A stretch of 62,975 nucleotides of DNA, filler included, from Choristocarpus tenellus KU-1152 (Eukaryota; Protista; Phaeophyceae): the NCBI GenBank assembly GCA_964200185.2. It is 9 parts of 9 records of this genome, joined end to end, with 100 filler letters (N's around TTAATTAATTAA, not from the genome) between each part and the next. Parts side by side here need not be neighbours in the genome. Positions count along the whole stretch, not along the records: positions 8,094 to 13,633 come from CAXNAD020010472.1; positions 13,734 to 20,652 come from CAXNAD020007064.1; positions 20,753 to 24,430 come from CAXNAD020018564.1; positions 24,531 to 28,599 come from CAXNAD020016387.1; 5 more parts are not named here. One strand, given 5' to 3'. This document shows, piece by piece, positions 11,001 to 24,603 of this stretch (position 1 is the first letter of the stretch; each line of letters opens with the position of its first letter). The notes beneath the pieces are model-generated. The model worked only from the letters and a program-made list of their open reading frames with translations. It had not been told where the DNA came from and searched no databases. Position numbers and translations under genes: made by a program.

Positions 11001-13139
11001 TACATCAGACCTAAGCCCATGTCACCCCACACTGTCCCCTTGCTCTCTCTGTGCCTTGGTAATTCAGAACTAGAGTATGCTCCCACCTCATATGATGAAC
11101 CGAGTGTAGGTGTAGCACAAATGTTACTTCAGGGAACAGTTGATACCACACTCTCAGGAATACTGTCAGCTCTGCAAGATTTCCACATGGGACCTGATAA
11201 TCGAGACTTAAGCGTTCGAGGTTTGTTACCACTCAGTAGTTCCCAGGATCAAAGTCTGGCAGTGCGTATACCCCCTCCCTCTGGTTGGATGGCCCCAGAT
11301 AAAACACCTAGTGTAGACCCGACACACACCCCACTGCAACTCCTTCCCCCGCTTAACGCCTCTAACGCTTTTGGTTGGCAACCTTTAGACCTACCCTCGA
11401 AGACAGGGTAGAAATAAAAGGAAAAACAGGAGAAGAGAAGCCACCTTGCAAGAAAAGACGCACAAGTACACCAAGGCCAAAGAACAAGAAGGGTAGTGAC
11501 AGAATAGTCCGAATGAGTGAGAAGGTTCAACACCACCCCACTCTCAAGAGGGCAATGGCTACTCTCTCAGACGTACCAGAGCTAGTGGAGAGGCAAAAGA
11601 AAACCCCTTTTTGAGCAGCATACGGGGTGTACTCGAAGGCCAAGAACACTGGAGGTCGTCACTCGAATGGGGAAAAGGGAGTATAGATGTAGGGTCATAT
11701 TCCCTAGACGATAAGGAGTTACTCTGGTACACCCCTGGAGAGTATGCACCTAGGCTGGCAGTTCCTCGTTCACTAGTGTCAGACATCATAGCACTAGTTC
11801 ACTTGCAGATTAGCCACCAGGGAGTTGGACGCACAGTAGCCCTAACCCGTCGATACTTCTTTTGGCCCTCACTCCACAAAGACACGCAGGATTATGTTTT
11901 ATCCTGTGGCTGTCGCAGACGAAAGAGGACCAGGAGCGCACAAGTGGCAATGCTGCCAGCCAAGTTCCTGGAACCATGGGATGTACTTCAGATGGATCTA
12001 CAAGATGTAGGACACATGTCAGCAAAAGGCAACAAGTACTATTAAATGTGATTTATAGAGCTTCGAGATTCCTTTTGCATTCCCAATGGCGTCAAAGGAA
12101 GCAACTGGAGTAGCAACAAACGTGTTAGAATTATGTCTTACATTTGGGATCCCTCTGTCAATTCGTAGTGATGCAGGAGGGGAGTTCACAGGAGACATAA
12201 TGAATCACCTTTGCCGTTGGCTGAAGGTCCCTATCAATTATGGACCAACTGGCAACTCGAGAGGACAAGGGGGATAGGAAAAGATGGGAGGTCTGCTTTT
12301 AGAAGTCCTTTCGGAACTATGTGTGAAGTGGCCAGATAGATGGGATGAGTATGTATCTCCAGCATGTTGGGCACAACACACTACTCCAGATCCCTCTGGC
12401 CCTCTCAACCCCACCCCTTCCGAGTCTTATTTGGCCGTGACCCCCGCACACAGCTAGATGCCATCATACCGAAGTTGGATGGGGACATAGAGGTTGGAGG
12501 ATGGAATTCCTTTACCGAGCAACGCAGACAGAACTTAGGGAGGTACGAAAAGTCCTGGAGAGAAGGATGTCCACTAGACAGAAACACAGGGAGAGAGCCA
12601 ATGCTTTGATTGCTAGGTCTTCCCCTGGACTCGGATCCAAACCAAGTGACCTAGTTCTAGTGAAAGAAGCAGACAGCTCTATTCTTGGGGAAAAATTAGG
12701 CGAGACGAGAGCAGGCAGAAAGCTAGTCCATGAAAGGTGGACAGGACCGTGGACTGTAAAGGAAATTTCACATCAGAGTAGTAGCATGGCAGTAGAACTG
12801 CTAGGTAGGCAAACACGTACTCGTAATGTTCATGCTTCTTATGTGAAACCCTTCCACGTATGGCCCATCCATCCGAGACATAGCTTCCAAGACGAATATG
12901 CTCAACTAGTGTGGGAGTCGGACCTAGGTTCGTCAGAGCAATCCGTGGTAGCAACCCCTATGTACACTCTTTCAGACAGGAAAGCAGTATTGTTGCCATC
13001 CAATGTATGGCACTGGGAGTACCGGGTGAAGTATCAGAATGGAGAATTTTCAGATTGGATTACCGAGAAAGAGGCTATGGATAGCTTCACCCCATTTCAG
13101 TTAGATGTCTTCCCTGCCCTTTGGGACCTGTGGAGGTAA
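8094..13139 (+). mobile_element. Degenerate Ty3/Gypsy LTR retrotransposon internal region (gag end, protease, RT, RNase H, integrase, chromo-like tail)
   Basis: Protease ILLETG...GMVLGATF (8785-9135); RT YFNAIDLASGFFQL..DKHKTAF and NWLDDL (9800-10200); RNase H FLLHTDASEEGAGAIL, TERECMAILWAVEHFR, FTLVTDC (10303-10870); integrase HQGVGRT, LQMDL, IRSDAGGEF (11611-12480); RWTGPW and a chromodomain-like WEYRVKYQNGEFSDWI. Domain order PR-RT-RH-INT, with many frameshifts and stops; the RT N-terminus appears deleted near 9800. Confidence 0.93.
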
Positions 13140-13633
13140 GCTTTCTGGGTCACCTGTAACAGATCTGCTGGCTGTGAGTTTCAACTCTGTGGGGGGGATC
13201 TGGCATGCCGACTCCAGGGGTTGTGTTGAGCCTCATGCATTGGCCCCTTGTCCACACTGGCTCCGGTGGCGTGCTAACACTAATGAAGAACTTTCCTTCC
13301 CCTGTTCCACTTCATTTGGAAGGCTGGCCAGTTGTGTTCGTAAGGAATAGAAACTAATCCTGTTCAGGAGGCGAGTAATCTCGTGCTGGACCCTCCTTGT
13401 GATCCTGGCGTCATGGGCTGCCAAAATGTGGACCTCCGGGATGGGTGTGAGAGATGCTGTTTCCCCCCAGGTTACCCAGTCTTGGCCTATGATTTCCGCT
13501 AGATCTTCTGAGGGGACACCTATAGAGAGGAGGGTGTGGATGGACGATCCCAGGGCCCGTACTGTGGGACTCGCACAATCGGCTTTGTGAGAAGGACTCG
13601 CCATGAGGCCCTTGCTGCCTTGCTAGAAGGGTG
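13140..13633 (-). mobile_element. CRE-like non-LTR retrotransposon fragment (post-RT region)
   Basis: ORF 13233-13604 ends LVLARHRSQCGQGANA*GSTQP, resembling the ARLxSxxGxGAxAWLxxxP motif of CRE/SLACS-clade elements. Confidence 0.55.
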
Positions 13634-13744
13634 NNNNNNNNNNNNNNNNNNNNNNNNNNNNNNNNNNNNNNNNNNNNTTAATTAATTAANNNNNNNNNNN
13701 NNNNNNNNNNNNNNNNNNNNNNNNNNNNNNNNNCCCCCGCGCGC

Positions 13745-13764
13745 CCCCCCAGATACTTTGACCC
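13745..13764. mobile_element. MITE family B terminus at contig start
   Basis: CCCCCCAGATACTTTGACCC, the inverted end of family B. Confidence 0.7.
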
Positions 13765-13813
13765 TTTCGCATTTATGACATTTTATTTCTTTTGGGCTTA
13801 CACTGACATGTGA

Positions 13814-13870
13814 ATAGTTTTCATTGGTTTCTCCCCTGACACATCTACAAAATATCAGAAGGCATAATAA
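13814..13870 (-). repeat. ~58-bp dispersed hairpin repeat (also at 33093-33150 on -, 49835-49896 on +, 50087-50146 on +)
   Basis: Consensus ATTATGCCCTCTGACATTTTGCAGATGTGTCAGGGGGAAACCAATGAAAACTAT, four near-identical copies. Confidence 0.85.
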
Positions 13871-14781
13871 TGTGATAATAACAATCATCTTTATAATAGT
13901 AACAATAATAGTAATATTGACGATAATGATATATTCATACAGATTAAGAGTCGAAGTAATTGAGAGGTTAGGTAAGGTTTACATTTGAAGGAGGATCCCG
14001 ACAAATGACAAAAAAAAGACGCAGTTCGTACAAAAGTTGTAGGAAGCGTTTGTCTTGAATTGTGTGTGTCACTTTGCGTAGTGCATGGAAAGAGGGAAAA
14101 TCTCTTTTGCGTACACTGCAATCGTGCATATTGCAATGATGAAAGAGGGTGTATTGCACAGGGTAGCACAGATGACTGAGAATGCGAAAGGGTCCAAATC
14201 GCTCTAACTCTCAATTACCTTGGCTCAAATTGTTATTACATCAGTAGTAGTGGTAGTAGGTAACAAGGAAGCGGACTCAAAACAATGCCGAAGTAAGTGC
14301 GGCCCATTGCACCCTCACGCATAATAATGAGAGGAGAGGGGGAAGATGCAGAAGCCTTGTCATCAACTCCTGAGTATGAGCATTGATTTTCATTATTATC
14401 ATTGTGCCTTAATTCTAGGTGCCTCCAGATCGACACCCTTCCTTGGATCGTATCATCCCTTTTCACTCCTGTTGTTGCTGCGCTATTATGTGTGCAGTTC
14501 GTGTGTCTCTTCACCACAACAACACCATTCATTAGACCGAATTCACCAAATTGACCAATTCGCCCCATAAGCTCAATCTAATAGGCAACAGTCAACTGTT
14601 ACTACCCCAGATAGATAGCACACATATATTGAACGGCCCATCACCATAGTTGTTACTATTGACAACCACCACGTGTAGTATTATGATAGCAGTAGTAACG
14701 GTGATTTACGTGTCCTAAAAAACGACGTATACCACAATATTACTCTAAGTACATAATGTAGTCGTACAATTTACTAGGTAT

Positions 14782-14817
<36 letters not shown>
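14782..14817. repeat. (GTA)n microsatellite
   Basis: About 12 perfect GTA units. Confidence 0.95.
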
Positions 14818-15399
14818 TTTATTATATTATCATTACTACCAAGTAGTATTAAATTCTTGTATTGGGTGTAGTTGGATCCAACCAATTCCCCAACACTAAC
14901 GCTCCCCATCCTCCCGTGTAACAGAGAGAGAGAGAGAGAGAGTACCGACCAAGATCTTACCAAGCACTCTGTCTTGCTACATCATCAATCATCACTTCAT
15001 TTATCAGTTTTTAAATAGTTCGCTGCAACTGGTTGTGGTTTGATGATGTGTGGCATAAAAAACGTTTTAATAGTATCGTGACTAAATCTGGGTGAGACCC
15101 AGCCACTCGCACGGAACGTACTTTGTTGTTGTGACTCTCCGTTGCAATCGAAACCTTGGAGAAAACATCAATAAAGGCCTCTATATTGCTGCCATCGAAC
15201 GAAACCGATTGTGTCCGAAACGGCTACATACAACAGTATGGTACAGTTTTGATGTTGCTTACCTTCACATGCAACCATACATCGTAATGGACCACATAGC
15301 ACCTCACAACACCATTCTTTTTCTAACTGATCTGGTGACATTTGGCGTGCAGGGTGGTGAAAAAAAAACAAGGTAGTGATCTGGTGATAGGAGATCCGC

Positions 15400-17700
15400 A
15401 ATTTTTTCAACTTCTCTGTTATATCATCCAGTTTCTAGATCTAGAAAACAATATGCAAGCGCTTGTTACAATACAGGCAGCATTCCAAGTGTTGTTAGCA
15501 GTGTTGGAAGAGAACTGTTGTTGCAGTTCAGAAGAATTCAGATGGTACGAGGTGATAGTCTGAAGAGATTAACATGGATATCTACAAGAAGTGGAGTCTC
15601 CCTGCGTTCAGCTCAAAAGGGCATGGAACACAAGGAAGTTGGCCTTAAGAAAGGAGGGATGTTTATGCCGTGACACGAAAACTACCCTCACACCCAAATA
15701 CGAAGAAGAGAAAGGGATTCCCAAGAGTGTGTCCTGACTTGCAAGTAGTATGAACATTGGAATTTGTGTCGTACTGCAGTACAATAGCATGAACCATCAC
15801 TAACTTGTTCCCTTGGCATCTTCCAAGGATCTCTGTCTCCTCATTTCCATCACAAGAGGTTTTCCATCGCAAGAGGTCAGAGCACTCAAAGGTAAGACGT
15901 GATCAATAGCTCCATGGTGACTCTCTGTGCCTTACTTGCTGGAAATGGCGGAGTGGCAAAGCCTGCTGGTATTGGAAGTGTCAACGGGCTGGCCAAGAAT
16001 ACACGAAGTACATATTACATACAAGTTATATGCTGGAACAAGGGAGGATTGAAGGTACCACGAGCATGCAGCCAATCCGATGTACCTGAGATTATACCTG
16101 TATATAAGCATCTGTTCCATGAGCCCTGAATGATGATGATATGATGACATAAAGAGTACATCTCCTCTCATGATGTATTGGATTACGAGTGTGCCTATAG
16201 GTATCAGCATTTAGGCCTCTGCACAAACTTCACAGCCAAGCACAAAGGAGAAGCAATGCACACCACCCATCATACGAGGACATCTGCATCGACACACTCT
16301 TCTGTCATATACCTAGAGGATACCTTCAATAGAGGCAATAGTACACGATTAGGATAACGTGTGGCACTTCGATACAGATACTTGATTTATGATACACTTC
16401 ATCTATCATCGAATACCACAACCATAGTGGGTTGCTATCACATGATTTGATCGGCTACTCCAAACAGTCCCTGCAACTCCACCGGTGGTCTCCGTGTGTG
16501 TCTAGTGCCCATTACCAACACCCTCCATTGTCACAGACAAACAGCCCTCCTGGATCCTCTACAACTCATGATACCCATGCTTGTAAGTCCAGCAACTCCC
16601 CATCAAATCTTATTGAAATATCTTCACTAAACTCTGGAACTTGCGTGATGATAAAAAGATTCACCCTTTCATCAACAGTACCACTATCATAATCATCGAG
16701 CTCCAACTCTACAGCTGCAACCCTAGCAAATAAATCTCCATAGTCGACATTGTTGGCATTATTGGGGAATGTACCATCCACTACTCCAGTCAGACAATCA
16801 CTTGCCACTCCTCCAAAACCTGTGGGACTGCGATATGGATTGTCAACACCAAGCTACTGTTGCCAAAGTTGGTCAAGTCTTTCAATCCTACCAACAATAC
16901 GTGCCTGGGGACGGTGAGGTATACGAATTGAATATTGAACCTCTGGGTGCCCAACACCAGCGCACCAATCACACCTCAAATCTGACGACTTGTCCAGATT
17001 CCCCTCTCTGCCAACATCTTGAACTATTGCTTCACTCTTTTGTACAACTGCTCTTCTATTCAGGGGAAAGTTTCATTTCATGTGGCCTACTATAAGGCAC
17101 ATATAACACTGAATCTTTTCTCCCCAGTCGTTCCTTTCAGCTACTAACGCACGTCTTCTTCCTGACCTTGGCCCCTTGTCCTCCCTGGTTGAAGTTCTTC
17201 GTACCTCGACCGCATCATGTTACCCACATCATGCAGGGTCCTGTCATGGTTACTACATTCGATAACAGATATCACTGAATATTATTATATTTTGGCAGCT
17301 TACCCAAGATCTAAAAAATCAGTGTTTCCGAATCTGGTATCTCGATCAAGGAAAGCAAGGTACATAGGCAACAAGAAGGGAACTGGTCCCCCCCCACCCC
17401 CAAAGTACATTCTTGCCCATGTTCAGTTGGACCTTGGATATGGAGACTTTAGCCAACGCCGAATGGAGGAGAAGGCTCGGTCGCTTCTCACAAGTATACT
17501 CCAAGCAGTTTTTGCAACTCCACCGGGGTTGTCCATGTAGGAAGTCCGAGCACCAAACGAAAACAGCATCATCGCCTATCATCACCATCTTGTATAGAGC
17601 ATTAAAGAAAAGGAGTGATCTATCTATTGAGTGATTTGTACTTGGTCACATCACTTCTTAAAGAAAGCGCCGCAGACCAGGTCTGTGAGGCTGTAGCCCG
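15400..17700 (-). mobile_element. Highly degenerate Ty1/Copia element (gag, zinc knuckles, integrase N-terminal part)
   Basis: Minus-strand translation gives gag-like AKTAWSILVR (~17500) and RTLHDVGNMMRSRYEEL (~17200), two decayed CCHC knuckles (QCYMCLIVGHMK ~17090; RCDWCAGVGHPEV ~16960), the integrase Zn motif GCEVCAEA (~16225), and HHGAIDH / LRIW remnants. Integrase follows gag directly, as in Copia. Confidence 0.7.
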
Positions 17701-19271
17701 TGCCTGGCGGAGTCAGTTCACAGTTTTTTACTCATAAAATGAACAAGTGATCAGAAAATTCCTTGATACGTACCTCCACAACAGTTGTATACACAAACCA
17801 AAAAATCGTCCATGGGTAGATTGGAACTCTAGAATCGCATGTCAATCACACTTCGAAGTAAAGTACTTCTCTGTTTTGTACTTGACTTAGCGTACTCGCA
17901 CTCGTCACAAGGGCGTAACGTGTGAAACTGTTTTATCGACGAAGAGGTTTGTCGAAGTGAACACGTAAGCAATGGGGACAAAATGTTGTTGAAGCAATTC
18001 AAGGATGAAAAGCATTTCAATTGACCACCGACGCCAAGGATAAAGAGAGTACCACTACTGGGGGAAGGATTGGGGAGGAGGGGAGTGGAAGGATATCCCA
18101 GATCTATCAGTCTGCACAACAACAACCTGTTTGCAGAGGGGTCGCCAATGGCGAGGCCGTGTGGACGGTCAGCAGTACGGTGCACAATTTCCTTCCTCCA
18201 ATCAAACTGTGGTCACTCAAGCGGAGAGTGATTGCACCCAGAGTGAGAAAGAGGTCCGCGGTGGATGGATGGGAAAAGGAGGAAATAATTGCGCTCGAGG
18301 GACGAGGAGGCGGCCTTCTCTGTTGTGGTGGGGGAGGAAATGGGAAACGCAGGAAATGGAGGCGCGGGAAGTCGGTTTCAGCAGCAAAAAAATGATGAAA
18401 GGAGAAAGTCGGCATCAGGAAGAGGACGATCTGGGACAACTTGGAAGGTGAGATGGAAAAGAACTGAAAGTTAAGGTGTATTGTATTGATAGCGAGTACA
18501 CATATAGAGCTCCAGGTTCCGACCCCTACATGAATAGCCCCTGTAACTCTTCCGTCGTGCCTATAAAGAACCTTTACTATAGTTGAGCCCCAACGTATAT
18601 CTCAGTTTATTTCACAAACAAGGGTTTCAAGATGTGGTTAGCCAGCTACGTGTTTGATCATGGGTATCGCTGGTCACATTTCTTCGTATGTTTGCCAGGG
18701 GCCAGGTGTCTGAGGGTGCCTACAGATCAGCAATTTACATAAAAGAGTGCTGCCGCTACGTCCGTCCGATTCTAACTAGCATGTGAAATGCTTTAATCGA
18801 CAAATTTGGGTTGCTTTTTTTACATTAGGCATATGACATCATGTGCCATAACATCGTTGACTGTCTTCGTTGAAATTCTCTCATGAACTCAACTGCCCCA
18901 TTCAGCGACCAACATCCAATCATCTTGGCAAGTTGGGTAGGCTCCTACACAGTACTCAGAGGTCATGTCCTATGTGTGCATATCCTTTTCCTTAACAGGG
19001 AGTTCCCCATCAGGGTGTATTGTGTGGAATAATGCGGAGGTGGTAACGTAGGTTACAGGGCAAATGTACCTCATTGGCTCATACAGTGACATGTCACCTA
19101 TTGTGTTGGTATTTTGATAGAAGTTGTCAGTGGTTTCTTACCCTACCCCTCAAAATTTGCTGTGTTAGTACTATTACTGTTACTTTTGTTGCTACACTAT
19201 CATCTCTATTTCACAGAGTACATGTATGTAGAAATGTTATTATAAGGTGGCATTTATTTTCGCATGACTCA

Positions 19272-19529
19272 GAGTCAAGGTATCTTAGAGGGTAGAGCCA
19301 CGTCCATTTGGGAGCCAAAATCCAATGTTGCAATTTTGATGTAATTTTGACTATCGTGTTTGCAAGGAAGTATCAATATCCTTGTTCCGGACCCGCCTTC
19401 TCATAGCGCATACATTTTACCCACTCCGAAATATTTTGGAGTAGGTGAAAGTCGTATAAACCCCAAGGGAAGTCAAGCCCCAAATGGACAAACAGGGCAA
19501 AACTTGTACCCTCTAAGATACTTTCACTC
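19272..19529 (-). mobile_element. MITE family A, complete
   Basis: GAGTCAAGGTATCTTAGAGGGTA ... TACCCTCTAAGATACTTTCACTC with a CTCA 4-bp TSD on both sides. Confidence 0.9.
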
Positions 19530-20559
19530 CTCATTGGCATAACCCCAAGTGGACAGAACAGGGAATGATTTCCATGGGATGATTAACGGGTTGATGAGGT
19601 ACAGCTGCAATGACGATGGCGCTCCATTTGCCTGGTGGGGCTTGGCTCTTTGTTGGAAATATTGAAACCCTTGGTAGTCCTTGTATCGAGTAATTTGCAG
19701 TGGGGAACAGTATAATGACTCCAAGGGTTTCGATATGGTTTGCTTTTTGCACACAATAGGAGGGTGAAAGTGAAGGATCGAACACACTATGTTGTACTTA
19801 TGTGTAGGATAATCTATATGTGTACCTACTAGATGTTTGCATTGGTTGCTTACAAACATATTATGGAGAAGCAAGGGGCAAGAGGCAAGAGAATTGAGTG
19901 TGTGTGCAGCACGATTATTCTAGCTTCACTGCACTAGGGGGAGAGAGTCAACTGCAGTGGTGTCAGAGCTGGGGGATCGGCACTCTTATTCTGATCTGTT
20001 ATTTGCGGGTTCAAGCACCTTGCAACCGATGATGTGGGCACCTTCTCAGCTGTCTGCAACTCTCTGCTATGACTCTCTGCAAGCACATCGTAGACTTGCA
20101 GCTCGGGCAACCAATCCAAACGGATAACTTCTTCACGATCACAAAAAAGTGCTCTCATTATGCCATCGTATGGTACAGCAGAGAGGTAGAACAGTTGTGG
20201 AATATCGTTCTCAGAACGCATGAGACACAAAACCGCGAGCAGACGCACGACACTGAAGATGAGGTGGTGTACGTGCATTGTGTAGAACGTGATAGGTCCA
20301 GCCAACGAGCCAAGGATCGTGTACAAGTCGCTTGTGGTTCATGCAAGAACGTTTTCACAATAGTAAGAGCCGGTACCTCTGACATGAACACATGAGGGGC
20401 TAGATAGCAAGTAGGTGTGCAATATGGGCAAAAGCTGCGATTGGTCATGCAATGGAGCCGGTTCAAGAAGGTCTAGTCCGTGGGGAGTCATTATTTTCAC
20501 TTCAATAGTGTGGACTCATTGGTGCGAGTAAATGAGAGCAGATACACATAGATAGATGA

Positions 20560-20793
20560 GACCCAAAGTATCTGTGGGGGGGGGGGGGGGGGGGGCGGCC
20601 CCAGGGGGGCCTTTGGGCCCCGCCCCAGGGAAATGGACCCAACATATTCACCNNNNNNNNNNNNNNNNNNNNNNNNNNNNNNNNNNNNNNNNNNNNTTAA
20701 TTAATTAANNNNNNNNNNNNNNNNNNNNNNNNNNNNNNNNNNNNNNNNNNNNCCAAATAGACAGCCGCCACCCCCTCCCAGATACTTTGGGCC
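20560..20793. mobile_element. MITE family B halves on either side of a gap
   Basis: GACCCAAAGTATCTGTG(G)n before the gap and CCCAGATACTTTGGGCC after it; the flanks are not a matching TSD, so these may be two different copies. Confidence 0.7.
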
Positions 20794-20949
20794 GAATATA
20801 TCATGAACTCCAGTGATTCCACACGCTAGTTTAATCATGCGTATGCGTACGTTCCTCTGAACAAATAACAAGGATTTCCTCAAACTTTGTGAATACGCGC
20901 TGTCTGTATCCTACCACTCAGTCAGTTGCTATACATAAAACAGAAAGAC

Positions 20950-21209
20950 AAGTGAAAGTATCTTAGAGGATACGATTTTTGTCCTGTTTGTCCGTTTGGG
21001 GCTTGGCTTCCCCCACGTTTTTTTTTATACATTTTCCCTACTCCAAAATGTTTCGGAGTAGGTCAAATGTGTATGTTGCGAAAAGGTGTATCCGAACAAG
21101 GATATTGACACTTCCTAACAAGCACAATAGCCAATATTACATCAAAATCATAATATTGAATTTTGGCACCCTAATGGACGCGGCTCTTCCCTCTAAGATA
21201 CTTTGACTC
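20950..21209 (+). mobile_element. MITE family A, complete
   Basis: TIRs as above, AGAC 4-bp TSD (20946-20949 and 21210-21213). Confidence 0.9.
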
Positions 21210-21364
21210 AGACGCAATATCTTCCTATGTGCATACGAGGGGTTCACTGAACCCTACCACTCTGTAGTTATGCAGCATCTACCCGAGCATATGCACAGGA
21301 TCCTGTTGTTTGTTCTTTGCCACTGCTTCCCTCGTCACGATCCTGCATTCCTCTCATGTTCAAG

Positions 21365-22212
21365 CTACTGTGGACCTTCCATCCTTGAATCCACTGCAGC
21401 CAAGCAAAGAGCAATTGTGCGATACCAAACCACCATGCTGTATATATCCCTGTCCCTGGACTCAAGTGACTGGGCAGCACATTCCTCCTTGGTAATATCT
21501 TGATTCAGAATAATATCACCCTTGGTATTGGAACTACTGTAGGGATCAACAAGTTCTTCCCCCGCTAGTGACCTCCTGCTTGCTAGCGCCAGAGAGCACA
21601 GAATTCTCCGTCTCTTCCACCTTTCACTCACAACCGGAACGCTATGCTGTTTTTTATTGTCAGCCCCACCCCTTTTCTCAGAGGAGGGAACCCAAGCAAC
21701 CTTAATCCCCAGGCTCAAGGTTCTTCGTCCGTTCTGAGTATCTCTAGAATGAGGGGTAGTCAGGAGCTCCTTAGCCGGCGCATCCTCTCTTTTTTGTGCG
21801 GGGAGAATCTTGATTCCCAGGCTCGAGGTTCTTCGTCCCTTCTGAGTCTGTCTAGAAAGAGGGGTAGACAGGTGCTCCTTAGGCAGTGCATCCTCTCGTT
21901 TTCGTGCGGAGAGATCTTTTGAGTTTGCTTGGATGCTTCTACTCTTAGATCCCCTGCTTACTTTAAGTGACAGTTCCTTCCCAAACCCTTCTCCATCAGG
22001 CGTTGTCATTGTCACTCCTTCATCTCCCCCTCCCCCTGCAACAGTCAGTTCAGAACTGATATCATTACAACTACTGGTACTGCAGTTCTTGTTGAAGTGG
22101 TGATGACGATTGCTTTGAGAGAGATCTGGTGGGGTTTGTGCAGGGGCACGAATTTTGACAAACCCATCCTGCACATATTCTTGAGGTGGGGAGCGGAGAC
22201 CTGGGGAGGACA
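21365..22212 (-). CDS. Probable terminal exon of a hypothetical low-complexity protein with an internal ~35-aa duplication
   Basis: Open frame of >280 codons with no upstream ATG; CAG acceptor at ~22213; repeat KREDA(L/P).KE.L.TP.SR.TQ.GRRT.SLGIK occurs twice. Confidence 0.4.
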
Positions 22213-24603
22213 CTGCAAGTTCAGGACTTAGACGCAGGCATGGATGGCAAAGGTACAGAACCGCGATAAAAAGTCGTAAGTGGTGTTGAATATTGAGATC
22301 TTGGAAATATCATTGCGAACAAGTAGATATCAATCGGGTCTTATAATATGTAAGATTCTTACTTTACTGTATGCAACAAACAATATTATTCGAGTATATA
22401 GAGATCTCGACAAGCATCTAAATCCCACAAAGTCTAAATGAATCAAGCCATCAATGTCCAGTCATGGATGAAGTACAACCACTCTGTTGATGACAGTACC
22501 TAGTACGAGAAAAAAAGTGTAGTGAGGAGTGACCCTAACCATGGATTGAGATAGTCCCCAGACTTGACAATAAGATGTAACTGTTAATACTACTACTACT
22601 AGAAAAAATGTACTACTAATATTTGCTATTATCCTGGAATCAGCAAAATATTAAATGGAAAGAGGAGTCGTTTGTTTGCGCCTTACCAGAAAGTAGGAAG
22701 CCATAGTGCCGATTATTTAATTTCAACTTGCCTCGTCCCCTCGCTCCATGCAAATTGCTTCCATATTAAGGGGAAGTGCTAACCAGCCTAAATTGTTATG
22801 ATGGTGTAACTCAGATACACTATTTGATCACTGAAGCGATATCATGATAAGTAGATCGATACTTATTTTGTCTATCAGTGCAGTCATTTTTCTTCTGTGA
22901 TATTATTATGTAGAGACCCAGAGTCTGCTTTTTATCGCCCTACGTTCTATTTTTGATTTGTTTCCATCAACCAGGACTTGGAGCTGAACACGAGACCTGA
23001 ACAATGTACTCGTAGTTAAGAGAAAAGTTTTATTTGAACAATTCAAGTATTACTTTGAAGTATGAAACAGACGATTTACTGCAGGGATTAATAACTTTTT
23101 ATAACCACAATACATCGATCCACAAGCTTTCAGTTTTGATATAGTCCGGAGTCTGAAAGATGAAGGTATACAGCTCTAGACCTCTAGGCACTTGTTTGAA
23201 ATTTCACATATATATATGCATATATCGACACAAAAGTACGAAGTACAAATCCTTATGCTTCTAGTGCTCAGTATTTTTTACCGCTCTCTATGTAAGAGCT
23301 CTGTATCTTTACATACATGTATTCGCAAAATACCAGTAGATCTAATAATTTGGTGTACATACGTATGTCAATGTGCACCCAGCGTTTCTGGTATACATGG
23401 ATCGAAAACAAAAAATGTGGCTGGATTGACCCCTCTGGAATCCTTCGTACTACTATTAACAGTGCAATTTCATAATTAGTTGTTTTTTTTGTATTCCTGA
23501 CCTTATTCAGTAAGTACAACGAGCCACAAAAAAATACTCTATTTCTGGGTATCTACTTCACGGTTGTTTGAGTTGAATCTCGGTTCATACCAGAGCCTCA
23601 GTGACTACTTCTCCTATAAACCACTCTATGTCTAACAAACACCCGCCTACTGTACATGTTTTACCTGTTCCTGAGTGGACCCAGTTTCGGTGGTGTTGGA
23701 TCCGTGGCAGGTTTGTGACCAGTAAGTTTGTTCACCTGGTGCTTTGCTTCACCTTCGTCTTCCTTCCACCATTGCATATCAAGCTCTGGGCTACTGATAC
23801 GACTTGATGGTGATGGTGGTAGTGGAACATGGGGCAAATGAGTGTACTGAATTTGCTGAGAGGGCGGTGTTGTGGTGGTGGTGGCACAGAAGGGGTGCTG
23901 GAATGGCCTGCTGACAGACAATTTTGTGCAGTCTTGTGGTGGGGACTGCAGCTTTTCGGTGGTTGTGTACGTGGACTGTGTGTTAGTTCCAGGTAAGGGG
24001 CACGAAGGGACATTCTCCAAGGCCCCATCGAAGAGGTTCCAACCAATGGTCATGGATATGAGGGTCGCTGCTCCAGGTTGAATGTTGGTAGAGCAGTTGA
24101 TTGGATTAATAATCTCGGTTGTTGTGGGGGGACAAGTGCAAGGTGAGTGTTGTGAAATTCTGCAGTCAGAGCACAATAAATTTCTAGTCGGCGTGCCTGA
24201 AGTCACATCAATTGGCTTTCTAAACAGATAGCCTTATCATGTAGTGGTAGGTAAGGGAATAGGCAATGGAGATTACTTGTTGAAAACATTGTCGATATGT
24301 AAATGTAACAGTAATATTGGAGTATCCTCTCTACAATATGTTCAGATGATCTCCTTGTGGGGTCCCGACTGTACTGAGGTATCAAGTATATAGCATTGTG
24401 ACCAGAATATAAATTAAAGTATGGGGCCATNNNNNNNNNNNNNNNNNNNNNNNNNNNNNNNNNNNNNNNNNNNNTTAATTAATTAANNNNNNNNNNNNNN
24501 NNNNNNNNNNNNNNNNNNNNNNNNNNNNNNTCTCTACCCTATCACATAATCCACCAGTGGTGTCTATAGTGTATCAGCAGCACTATCTACGAACAGTCCC
24601 TTC

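Noticed and set aside
10870-11610. Cytosine methyltransferase cargo in the Gypsy element
   Set aside because: No FxGxG, PC or ENV motifs are visible in the translated frames.
15400-18000. Endogenous giant-virus gene remnants
   Set aside because: Better explained by Copia gag knuckles and integrase motifs; no NCLDV core-gene motif was seen.
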